Shown here piece after piece: positions 18,219 through 25,775 of a stretch of 32,000 nucleotides of DNA. Numbering within the stretch: the stretch's first letter is position 1; every line of letters begins with the position of its first letter. The notes beneath the pieces are model-generated. The model did not search any database, was not told where the DNA came from, and worked only from the letters and a program-made list of their open reading frames with translations. Source of the stretch: Bacteroidales bacterium (GTDB taxonomy: Bacteria > Bacteroidota > Bacteroidia > Bacteroidales > ML635J-15). The stretch lies in the NCBI GenBank assembly GCA_017526205.1, contig JAFXRP010000035.1, positions 41,268-73,267 on the forward strand, given 5' to 3'. A program made the translations under genes and the position numbers.

Positions 18219-18350
18219 GTTGACATTTTTTTGCACGACTTTTCGCCGCAAAGATACACTTTTCTGCACGACTTTCAAACAAAATCATACATTTTTCTGC
18301 ACGACTTTTCGCTGAATGTTGACACTTTTCTGCACGAGTTCTAGGGTATA
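18219..18350. repeat. Four tandem 33-bp units with a conserved roughly 20-nt core (plus strand ACAYTTTTYTGCACGASTT; gene sense AASTCGTGCARAAAARTGT)
   Basis: The GCACGA anchors are at 18233, 18266, 18299 and 18332, exactly 33 bp apart. The units aligned by hand are gttgacatttttttgcacgacttttcgccgcaa, agatacacttttctgcacgactttcaaacaaaa, tcatacatttttctgcacgacttttcgctgaat and gttgacacttttctgcacgagttctagggtata. Confidence 0.85.
18249..18279 (-). promoter_or_regulatory. Bacteroidota-type promoter (TTTG-N19-TAtcTTTG) of the AAA/DUF4143 gene, embedded in the 33-bp repeat array
   Basis: The minus-strand sequence reads TTTG-AAAGTCGTGCAGAAAAGTG-TATCTTTG. The 19-nt spacer is itself one repeat core. A second core lies between the -7 box and the ATG at 18215. 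Confidence 0.7.
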
Positions 18351-18389
18351 TGTTAATTCAAAAGAATACTTCTCGTCAACTATTATTTT

Positions 18390-18680
18390 TCATTCATCCT
18401 CGCTTTTCACCACCTCTATTGTATTCCGAACCATGCGCGGTTCTATTTCCTCCTTGCATTTCGGACAGACATACGGAGTCCATCTCTCTGTTTTATCGAA
18501 CCAACCGCCACATTCGCACGATGGATATTCGGGGAAAAGCGATTCTTCATCATCGGGATACAGCAACTCCTTGCCACAAATATCGCAGTGCAGATAAATC
18601 TTGTCGCCAACTTTACCATCGTGCCATTCAAACTTGTGAGAGCAATATGGACAGGTTATTTTGTAGGTGTATATTGGCAT
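18390..18680 (-). CDS. Small double zinc-ribbon protein (four CxxC/CxC pairs) with an acidic tail
   Basis: A 96-aa ORF with Cys pairs CPYC...CDIC and CEC...CPKC. Its ATG overlaps the stop codon of the upstream nuclease-like gene by 1 nt (TAATG), which indicates translational coupling. Confidence 0.7.
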   Translation of the reverse strand: MPIYTYKITCPYCSHKFEWHDGKVGDKIYLHCDICGKELLYPDDEESLFPEYPSCECGGWFDKTERWTPYVCPKCKEEIEPRMVRNTIEVVKSEDE

Positions 18681-19774
18681 TATTCGTTTAATTTCTTTAT
18701 GACATTACTAAAAACATCAATAAAACGATTAGACATTTCAACAAAGTACTTAAATATCTCTTCTTTATGTTTACTCTCTGTAAAACACAAATCCTTGCTT
18801 GTTGATATTTTTCTTGTATTGTTGCTTTCATCTCGTTGTTCCCAATTTAGACCAGGTATTTTTGAATCAATATCTGCTCGATGTTTTTGAAAAAATGCAA
18901 ATGTATTTTCATTCTTTTCTTTTTCCCCTTGACTTATATATAAGGTTACAACAACCCTATTCTTCTGTATACCTAGGTTCACGGTAATTCCATTTTCAAT
19001 AGATTTATTTAACCATGCTTCTGATGTCCCTTTTGATTGATTATATGGATTATGGGAACAATCATAGTTGATAAACTCACTCCAGAAGCCAAATCTTCCG
19101 TCTTTAAGTTTTGTTATTGTTTCTGCTGCTAAATTTTCAGATTGTGTTTTTGATGCCATTTTTATTATATATTCTTCAGCATCCTTAATTGGAATTATTT
19201 GGTCAAAATCTACATAAGCATTTTCTTCATATTCATATGGTGTAACCTTTACGCATGTTATTTGAAGATTGTAATTTGCCAACCATAAAACAGTTGAAGT
19301 GACTTCTTTTCTAAACTCTTTTGCGACAAAGAAAATTCTTTGTGAATGATTCCCTTCGTTTAATAGAATTTCAGAAATAGCCTTACCTTCATAAAAATCT
19401 GAAATTTTATCTTCAGCGTTTCCATTGTTGCCGAGATATTGTTGATATATAGATATGACATCTTCTTTTTTTAAACTAGAACAATATGATGCATATTTTA
19501 ATGCTTGCCATGTTACATCACGACCAGAATCGTCTAATTTATTCTCTATAATAACGAGATTACCCTGTTTGTCTAAAGCGAGCAAGTCTAAGCGTTCTTT
19601 TGTGTCCTTAAACCCATCAAATTCTTTTGCAATAATTAGTAAATCTTCTCCCAGACATTTAGGATATTTTGCTATCCATTCTTGTAAATGATTGCGTTCA
19701 CGAAATCCTAAATCAGAGAATGTGGACTCTTTAACTTTTATTAGGCAATTGTTCTTTTTATCAATTTTGTACAT
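18680..19774 (-). CDS. NucS/DUF91-like PD-(D/E)xK nuclease domain fused to a DUF4268-like C-terminal domain
   Basis: The N-terminal part reads FRERNHLQEWIAKYPKCLGEDLLIIAKEF...RLDLLALDKQGNLVIIENK...QALKYASY, which gives an E / D / ExK / QxxxY nuclease motif set. The C-terminal part (GFWSEFINY...NWEQRD...) resembles DUF4268. The start is set at the ATG at 19774 (MYKIDKK) because a TAtcTTTG -7 box lies at 19788-19795. Confidence 0.6.
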   Translation of the reverse strand: MYKIDKKNNCLIKVKESTFSDLGFRERNHLQEWIAKYPKCLGEDLLIIAKEFDGFKDTKERLDLLALDKQGNLVIIENKLDDSGRDVTWQALKYASYCSSLKKEDVISIYQQYLGNNGNAEDKISDFYEGKAISEILLNEGNHSQRIFFVAKEFRKEVTSTVLWLANYNLQITCVKVTPYEYEENAYVDFDQIIPIKDAEEYIIKMASKTQSENLAAETITKLKDGRFGFWSEFINYDCSHNPYNQSKGTSEAWLNKSIENGITVNLGIQKNRVVVTLYISQGEKEKNENTFAFFQKHRADIDSKIPGLNWEQRDESNNTRKISTSKDLCFTESKHKEEIFKYFVEMSNRFIDVFSNVIKKLNE

Positions 19775-19787
19775 ATTCTTTTTTTTG

Positions 19788-19795
19788 CAAAGATA
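19788..19795 (-). promoter_or_regulatory. -7 promoter box TAtcTTTG of the nuclease/Zn-ribbon operon
   Basis: An exact TAnnTTTG match lies 13 nt upstream of the ATG at 19774. An ATTG (3 of 4 positions of TTTG) sits about 20 nt further upstream. Confidence 0.5.
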
Positions 19796-20134
19796 TTTAA
19801 AATAATCTATTTTCTCCAATCATATTCAATTTCCAATCCTTCTAAAACAAAGTACTCCAGTCTCTTCTTGATAAAGTTAGGAGTAATAAATTTTTTCTAT
19901 AATTTACTTTCATAGCACTTATTTTTCGACAAATCTACATTCTACATACGCAAAAACTTGTCGTAGGTTTGATATTTTTTGTTAAATTTAAAAAGTCGAA
20001 ACAAAGTTATAAAATTATGTATTGTAAAACAATTAAGAAAATGAAACTATCAGATTGCAAGTTTGGGAGACTGCTCGCCCCAATTAACACTACCGCGTTA
20101 AAAACTTAATTATCAACATCCCAACATTATTCAC

Positions 20135-20142
20135 TACATTTG
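20135..20142 (+). promoter_or_regulatory. -7 promoter box TAcaTTTG upstream of mnmG
   Basis: An exact TAnnTTTG match lies 34 nt upstream of the ATG at 20177. No clear -33 element is present. Confidence 0.45.
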
Positions 20143-20176
20143 ACGATTTGAATGAGATAAATTGTAAAAGCGTTAA

Positions 20177-22054
20177 ATGACTGAAAATTACGATGTTATA
20201 GTAGTAGGCGCTGGACACGCAGGCTGCGAAGCGGCAGCAGCGGCGGCAAATATGGGAAGCAAGGTGCTGCTCGTGACAATAGACATGAACAAAATCGCAC
20301 AAATGTCGTGCAACCCAGCTATGGGTGGAGTTGCCAAAGGTCAGATTGTCAGGGAGATAGATGCACTGGGCGGACTTTCGGGAATCGTTACCGACAAGGC
20401 AATGATACAGTTCCGAATGCTTAACATGTCGAAAGGTCCGGCAATGTGGAGCCCACGCGCACAATGCGACCGTATGGTCTTCAGTGCAGAATGGCGCAAC
20501 CAACTCGAAGCGATAAAGAATGTTTCGTTTCTGCAAGATACTGTAAATAAGGTAATTGTAGAAAATAATCGTGTCTGCGGAATAGAAACCTACCTCGGAA
20601 TAAAGGTTTATGCCAAAGCTGTAATCCTTACTACTGGTACTTTCCTTAATGGTCTGATGCACATAGGACATAGCCATTTCGAAGGCGGAAGAATATCGGA
20701 ACCAGCAGCTGTTGGACTTACACAGAACCTCGCAGAACTTGGTTTCACCTACGACCGCATGAAGACAGGAACGCCCGTAAGAATTGATGGCCGTACAATC
20801 GATTTTTCTGAACTTCAGGAACAAAGCGGTGACGAAACCATAGTTCCGTTCTCGTACATGCACAACTACAACCAGCATTTCCTGAAACAGCGCAGTTGCT
20901 ACATCACATACACCAGCGAAGAAGTTCACGACACTCTACGTCAAGGACTTAAGGATTCGCCACTGTACGACGGAACCATAAAGAGCATAGGTCCGCGCTA
21001 TTGCCCGAGCATCGAGACAAAACTTGTAACTTTCCCCGACAAAGACAAGCACCAACTTTTCCTCGAACCGGAAGGGGAGACCTCGGTGGAATTTTACCTC
21101 AATGGATTCTCGTCGTCGTTGCCTATAGATGTACAGTACAATGCTTTGCGCAAAATCAAAGGTCTTGAAAATGCCAAGATTTTCCGTCCAGGTTATGCCA
21201 TCGAGTACGACTTTTTCCATCCTACCCAACTGAAAGCCACATTGGAAACAAAACTCATTGAAAATCTGTATTTTGCAGGACAAATCAACGGTACAACCGG
21301 CTACGAAGAAGCAGCAGGGCAGGGGATAATTGCAGGCATAAATGCTCATCTAAAAATCAACGAAAAACCAGAGTTCACACTTAACCGCGACCAGGCATAC
21401 ATTGGTGTTCTCATCGACGACCTCATCACTAAGGGTGTTGACGAACCATACAGAATGTTCACTTCGCGTGCCGAATTCCGCATACTTCTCCGTCAAGATA
21501 ACTGCGATGTTAGGCTCACAGAACTTTCGCATAATATTGGTCTTGCAACAGATGAACGCTTACGAGTTTTTGAAGAAAAGGTTGCAAAGCGCGACCAGCT
21601 AATCGACTTCTGCAACAACCAGAGCTGCAAGCCTGAAACTATCAATGCAATGCTTTCTGAATTAGGTAGTTCGGAGCTGAAACAAAGCATAAAAATGAAC
21701 AATATTATCACTCGTCCGCAAGTGAAAATCAAGGATTTATGCCGTTTCGACAATGAACTTGACACACTTGTTTCTGGCTTTGGCGACAAAAAGGACGAGA
21801 TAGTTGATGCTGCCGAAATACTGCTGAAATACTCCGGCTACATTGAGCGTGAAAAACTCATTGCCGACAAGTTGAAGCGATTAGAGAATATTGTTATCGA
21901 AGGCAAGATTAATTATGCAGAAGTGAATTCACTTTCGACTGAAGCAAGGCAGAAGCTGATGAAAATTAATCCGCACACCATTGGTCAGGCATCACGAATA
22001 AGCGGTGTTTCTCCATCAGACATAAGTGTGCTATTGGTGCTAATGGGAAGATAG
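20177..22054 (+). CDS. mnmG: tRNA uridine 5-carboxymethylaminomethyl modification enzyme MnmG (GidA)
   Basis: The N-terminal FAD motif is YDVIVVGAGHAGCEAA. The protein is 625 aa and carries conserved segments characteristic of GidA (NPAMGGVAKGQIVREIDALGG, GPRYCPSIE, GQINGTTGYEEAA). Confidence 0.95.
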   Translation: MTENYDVIVVGAGHAGCEAAAAAANMGSKVLLVTIDMNKIAQMSCNPAMGGVAKGQIVREIDALGGLSGIVTDKAMIQFRMLNMSKGPAMWSPRAQCDRMVFSAEWRNQLEAIKNVSFLQDTVNKVIVENNRVCGIETYLGIKVYAKAVILTTGTFLNGLMHIGHSHFEGGRISEPAAVGLTQNLAELGFTYDRMKTGTPVRIDGRTIDFSELQEQSGDETIVPFSYMHNYNQHFLKQRSCYITYTSEEVHDTLRQGLKDSPLYDGTIKSIGPRYCPSIETKLVTFPDKDKHQLFLEPEGETSVEFYLNGFSSSLPIDVQYNALRKIKGLENAKIFRPGYAIEYDFFHPTQLKATLETKLIENLYFAGQINGTTGYEEAAGQGIIAGINAHLKINEKPEFTLNRDQAYIGVLIDDLITKGVDEPYRMFTSRAEFRILLRQDNCDVRLTELSHNIGLATDERLRVFEEKVAKRDQLIDFCNNQSCKPETINAMLSELGSSELKQSIKMNNIITRPQVKIKDLCRFDNELDTLVSGFGDKKDEIVDAAEILLKYSGYIEREKLIADKLKRLENIVIEGKINYAEVNSLSTEARQKLMKINPHTIGQASRISGVSPSDISVLLVLMGR

Positions 22055-22062
22055 TAAATAGT

Positions 22063-22083
22063 AATGTTTCATGTGAAACAATT
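22063..22083. promoter_or_regulatory. Palindrome copy 1: aaTGTTTCA-tg-TGAAACAatt
   Basis: The 7-bp arms TGTTTCA/TGAAACA are separated by 2 nt. The copy lies between the mnmG stop codon and the ade start codon, 15 nt before the ATG at 22098. Confidence 0.6.
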
Positions 22084-22097
22084 ATAACAATAAGATT

Positions 22098-23726
22098 ATG
22101 AGAAAAATAGAAGGTAACATTGTTGATGTGCTCAACAGAAAAATCTTCAAGGGTGAAGTAATTATTGATGGTGACAGGATAGCAAAAATCACTTCGAAAG
22201 AAACAACAAGCGAAGTATATATATTGCCAGGTCTAATCGACTCGCACATACATATCGAAAGCACAATGATGATTCCTAGTGAATTTGCAAAAGTGGCGGT
22301 GAAAAATGGTACTGTCGGTGTCGTTACCGACCCACACGAAATTGCAAATGTGCTTGGTGAAAAAGGTATTGATTTTATGATAAAAAACTCAGAATCAGCA
22401 CCTTTGAAGACATTCTACTGTGTTCCGTCTTGTGTTCCAGCAACCACATTCGAGACCTCAGGAGCTACACTTGATGCAGAAAAAATTGACAAGATTTTCA
22501 CTAAATATGGCTTGAAAGTACTTGGTGAAATGATGAATTATCCTGGCGTTATTTATGATGATCCGGAAGTTCTGTCAAAGCTCGAAGTTGCAAAGAAGCA
22601 CGGTGCCGTTATCGATGGTCACTCACCGCAAGTCAGTGGCGACAACTTGAAAAAATATATCAACGCAGGAATAAGCACTGACCATGAATGTAGAGATATT
22701 GACGAAGCAATCGAAAAAATAAACCTCGGTATGAAAATTCTCGTCCGTGAAGGTTCGGCAGCAAAGAATTTTGATGCTTTATATCCCCTAATTTCAAAAT
22801 TCAATAAATCGGTAATGCTTTCGACGGATGATTCACACCCCGACGACCTTTTAAAATTTGGACACATTAACAAAATATTGAAAATGGGCATAAAGTACGG
22901 AATTGACATTTTTGACCTCCTTACTGCCGCATGTGTTAATCCTGTTAAACATTATAATCTTCCAATCGGACTTCTCCGCGAAAACGATTATGCCGACGTG
23001 ATTATTGTTGACGACTTGAAATCTTTCAATATTCAAGAGACAATAATCAATGGTAACACTATTTACTCGAATGGTCGAATTTTGTTCAGCACAAAAAACA
23101 TTCAGCCCATCAATAATTTCAATGCTCAAAAAATTTCGGAAGCCGATGTCAGAATAGAACCAAAGTCGGAAAAGATAAAGGTAATTGAAATTATCGAAAA
23201 CGAATTACTCACAAATTGCATTATCGAGAAGGCTAGTGTAGATGATGACAATGTTGTTTCTGACACTAAGAACGATATCCTTAAAATTGCTGTGATGAAC
23301 CGTTACTCGAAAGACGCAAAACCACAGATAGGATTCATCAAGGGATTTGGTCTTATCGATGGAGCACTCGCAACATCGGTAGCACACGACAGTCACAACA
23401 TAATTGCCGTTGGTACTACTGACGAAGACATCGTAAAAGCTATAAATGAAATTATTGACAATAAGGGTGGAATGTGCTATGTAAAGGGTATGGATTACTA
23501 CACCTTACCACTTGAGTTTGCTGGACTGATGACTCAGCAAAGTTGTGAACGCATAAGCGATATGTACAGTCGAATGAACCACATTGTAAAGAGTAATGGC
23601 TGCAGGCTTGCATCTCCATTCATGACACTTTCGTTTATGTCGCTTCTGGTAATTCCAAGTCTCAAGTTAAGCGACAAAGGTCTATTCGATGGAGATAAGT
23701 TTGAGATGACAGATTTGTTTGTATAA
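22098..23726 (+). CDS. ade: Adenine deaminase
   Basis: The amidohydrolase metal motif LPGLIDSHIHIESTMM is present. The 542-aa length and the C-terminal domain (VAHDSHNIIAVGT) are typical of the Ade family. Confidence 0.85.
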   Translation: MRKIEGNIVDVLNRKIFKGEVIIDGDRIAKITSKETTSEVYILPGLIDSHIHIESTMMIPSEFAKVAVKNGTVGVVTDPHEIANVLGEKGIDFMIKNSESAPLKTFYCVPSCVPATTFETSGATLDAEKIDKIFTKYGLKVLGEMMNYPGVIYDDPEVLSKLEVAKKHGAVIDGHSPQVSGDNLKKYINAGISTDHECRDIDEAIEKINLGMKILVREGSAAKNFDALYPLISKFNKSVMLSTDDSHPDDLLKFGHINKILKMGIKYGIDIFDLLTAACVNPVKHYNLPIGLLRENDYADVIIVDDLKSFNIQETIINGNTIYSNGRILFSTKNIQPINNFNAQKISEADVRIEPKSEKIKVIEIIENELLTNCIIEKASVDDDNVVSDTKNDILKIAVMNRYSKDAKPQIGFIKGFGLIDGALATSVAHDSHNIIAVGTTDEDIVKAINEIIDNKGGMCYVKGMDYYTLPLEFAGLMTQQSCERISDMYSRMNHIVKSNGCRLASPFMTLSFMSLLVIPSLKLSDKGLFDGDKFEMTDLFV

Positions 23727-23733
23727 TAATCAT

Positions 23734-23760
23734 CCGCCCGTTGAGTCTGTCGAAACGAAG
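23734..23760 (+). repeat. Solo left arm of the REP-like element (ccgcccgttgagtctgtcgaaacgaag)
   Basis: It matches the left arms at 31081-31107 and 31582-31609 (ccgcccactgagcctgtcgaag...). I found no matching right arm nearby. Confidence 0.6.
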
Positions 23761-23769
23761 AATTCTAAA

Positions 23770-23791
23770 TATTGTTTCATGTGAAACAATA
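23770..23791. promoter_or_regulatory. Palindrome copy 2: TATTGTTTCA-tg-TGAAACAATA (perfect 10-bp arms)
   Basis: The arms were read directly from the sequence. The copy lies 44 nt downstream of the ade stop codon. Confidence 0.65.
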
Positions 23792-23864
23792 CGTAAAATA
23801 TTGATAATTAACATTATAAATAATCAAAAAAAATAATAACATAAATAACACCTAAAAAGGAATA

Positions 23865-23882
23865 ATTGTTTCACATGAAACA
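23865..23882. promoter_or_regulatory. Palindrome copy 3: TTGTTTCA-ca-TGAAACAA (opposite orientation of the central dinucleotide)
   Basis: It has 8-bp arms and lies 44 nt upstream of the dtd ATG at 23926. Confidence 0.6.
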
Positions 23883-23925
23883 AATTGTAAAACACTATAA
23901 ATCAAAACACTAACTACTCAAAAAT

Positions 23926-24378
23926 ATGAAAATTCTAATTCAAAGAGTAAAATATTCAAAATGCACTGTAGATGGTAAGGAAATATCCAAGATAGGGCAG
24001 GGGATGCTCGTATTCGTAGGCATAACAAACGATGACACCAACGAAGATATTGAGTGGCTGGCAAACAAAATGGTAAATCTCCGCATTTTCAACGACGAGG
24101 ACGGAGTTATGAACAAGTCATGCTTTGAAATTAATGGTGAAATAATGATTATAAGCCAATTTACACTGCATGCTAAAACAAAGAAAGGCAACCGACCATC
24201 ATACATTGACGCTGCACGACCAAAAATTGCAGAACCACTTTACAAAAAATTCATCGAAACTACCGATAAACTCACAGGCAAACCATCAGCTACTGGCATA
24301 TTCGGTGCTGACATGAAAATTGAACTTCTGAACGACGGTCCAGTGACAATAATTATTGATTCTAAAAACAGGATATAA
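23926..24378 (+). CDS. dtd: D-aminoacyl-tRNA deacylase
   Basis: A 150-aa ORF that begins MKILIQRV and contains ...GMLVFVGI...SQFTLHA...G.RPS...A, the pattern characteristic of Dtd. Confidence 0.9.
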   Translation: MKILIQRVKYSKCTVDGKEISKIGQGMLVFVGITNDDTNEDIEWLANKMVNLRIFNDEDGVMNKSCFEINGEIMIISQFTLHAKTKKGNRPSYIDAARPKIAEPLYKKFIETTDKLTGKPSATGIFGADMKIELLNDGPVTIIIDSKNRI

Positions 24379-24382
24379 ATTT

Positions 24383-25666
24383 CTACTTCTTCGAAGTCAT
24401 TATGTCCAATACATAATGGTCGGTTTCGTTCATGCCGCTGGTGCCAATAAGAGTAAGGTTTCGGATGCAGTCGTCAACATCGTTGTCGATAATTCCTTCG
24501 ACGCACGAAACGCAATGGTTTTCCATTGCCAGCATCGACGAAAAAGCAGCCGATGAAATTCCAGTGGCAATCTTGAGCGAACAACTCGGCTTGGCACCAT
24601 CGCAAATCATTCCGGTAATGTTGGCAATCATATTCTTCACAGAGTAGCAAATCTGCTCGTAGGTTCCGCCCATCAGGTAGGTTATGCCGCAGCTCGAACC
24701 TGTAGATGCAACCACGCAGCCGCACAAAGCCGACAAACGACCAAGGCTCTGCTTAATGTAGATTGATGTCAAGTTACTGAGTATCAAGGCACGGATAAGT
24801 TTTTCCTCTGGCTGTTGAGTATCGCGGGCGTAAATGCACACGGGAACTGTTGTTGCAATACCTTGGTTTCCACTACCGGAGTTACTCATCACAGGACTAG
24901 GACAACCAGCCATACGAGCATCACAGGCAGCCGAGGTATAGGAAACTATATCCTTGAAAATTCCGTTCCCGAAAAGTGCATCGTGCTGATGTCCGTGCAA
25001 CATTTTGCCCAAGGTATGACCAAAATTATTATTGAACGATTCCTCTGCAATCGACATGTTCATCTTGCCAGCCTCGAGGATGAAAGAAATCTCGTCGATT
25101 GGTGCTGTAGTTGCAAAATCGTAAACCTTGCGCATACTGAGATGGCAACTTTCCGAGTCTTTGCATTCCGAAGAGTCAACTTTTTTCTCGAAAATTACCT
25201 CATCGTTGCGCGAAATGTGAATGAAATTTGTATGTCCACAAGCAATTATAGCCTTTGCCGAATCGTTGCCAGCAAAGCAAATTGCCTCAATGTAGAGCTT
25301 TTCTGTGATTCCAGTCTTGCGCTTTATGCTAATACGCTTCTCGTCAATCATCTGCTTACCTTTGGCAATGCTGTCGGCGTTCACATCCTTCAGCACCTCG
25401 AGTCCATATTCCGACTTGCCAATCAAGGCTCCCAACGCAATAGAAATAGGCAGACCGATCATTCCAGTGCCGGGGATACCAACGCCCATTGCATTTTTCA
25501 GCACATTGTCGCTCAGGTAAACCTCGATGCGTTCGGGAACAGAGCCAAGTGTTTCCTTAGCCTTTGCCACCGCCAATGCCACTGCCACAGGTTCGGTACA
25601 TCCGATAGCCGGAACTACCTCGCTCTTAATAAGGTCGATAATCTGTTTTCTTTCCGTTGCGTCCAT
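24383..25666 (-). CDS. UPF0597 / YhaM-type protein (L-cysteine desulfidase-like, serine dehydratase alpha-like fold)
   Basis: The N-terminal segment is VVPAIGCTEPVAVALAVAKAKE. Internal Cys-rich segments (CDARMAGCP, SALCGCVVA, MICDGAKPSC) are typical of the family. A TActTTTG -7 box lies at 25683-25690 (minus strand). Confidence 0.8.
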   Translation of the reverse strand: MDATERKQIIDLIKSEVVPAIGCTEPVAVALAVAKAKETLGSVPERIEVYLSDNVLKNAMGVGIPGTGMIGLPISIALGALIGKSEYGLEVLKDVNADSIAKGKQMIDEKRISIKRKTGITEKLYIEAICFAGNDSAKAIIACGHTNFIHISRNDEVIFEKKVDSSECKDSESCHLSMRKVYDFATTAPIDEISFILEAGKMNMSIAEESFNNNFGHTLGKMLHGHQHDALFGNGIFKDIVSYTSAACDARMAGCPSPVMSNSGSGNQGIATTVPVCIYARDTQQPEEKLIRALILSNLTSIYIKQSLGRLSALCGCVVASTGSSCGITYLMGGTYEQICYSVKNMIANITGMICDGAKPSCSLKIATGISSAAFSSMLAMENHCVSCVEGIIDNDVDDCIRNLTLIGTSGMNETDHYVLDIMTSKK

Positions 25667-25739
25667 ACAAAAAAATTTTTTGCAAAAGTAAGGTTTTTAG
25701 AAATATGAAAGAGCAGTAATCATAATGATAAAAATTTTT

Positions 25740-25770
25740 TTTGCCATTTCCTTTTTATTCCATACATTTG
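25740..25770 (+). promoter_or_regulatory. Bacteroidota-type promoter (TTTG-N19-TAcaTTTG) driving a roughly 270-nt leader, or an independent RNA, upstream of the T9SS cargo gene
   Basis: The TTTG is at 25740-25743, followed by a 19-nt spacer and TACATTTG at 25763-25770. This is an exact match to the consensus. Confidence 0.65.
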
Positions 25771-25775
25771 CCGTT

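Noticed and set aside
18216-18278. ORF-track N-terminal extensions of the AAA/DUF4143 gene (to 18278), the nuclease gene (to 19819), the PNGase-like gene (to 16848), the ftsE-like gene (from 11411) and the Na/Pi gene (to 4605)
   Set aside because: In each case a TAnnTTTG promoter box, or a whole promoter, lies inside or overlaps the extension. An internal start then gives a more canonical N-terminus. The extension of the AAA gene is simply the 33-bp repeat array read in frame (KVVQK repeats).
18219-18350. The 33-bp tandem repeat considered as a miniature CRISPR array
   Set aside because: The units are contiguous. The conserved core is only about 20 nt, with about 13 nt of variable sequence between cores, which is far below normal repeat and spacer sizes. 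No cas genes are present. The array overlaps a promoter, which fits an operator better.
20090-20929. A 279-aa minus-strand ORF overlapping the 5' part of mnmG
   Set aside because: It lies entirely antisense to a confidently identified mnmG gene. The protein is Cys/His/Phe-rich and low in information, with no recognisable motif. This is a typical shadow ORF.
22063-22083. The TGTTTCA-tg-TGAAACA palindromes considered as LacI/PurR-type operators or as intrinsic terminators
   Set aside because: LacI-family boxes have the half-sites in the opposite arrangement (TGAAAC-GTTTCA). A 2-nt centre and the lack of a U-tract argue against a terminator. I therefore kept them as an unassigned palindrome family rather than naming a regulator.
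24815-25708. A 297-aa plus-strand ORF antisense to the YhaM-type gene
   Set aside because: The minus-strand frame has clear family motifs. The plus-strand product is compositionally odd (rich in His, Cys, Asn and Arg). It would also have to run through the divergent promoter region.
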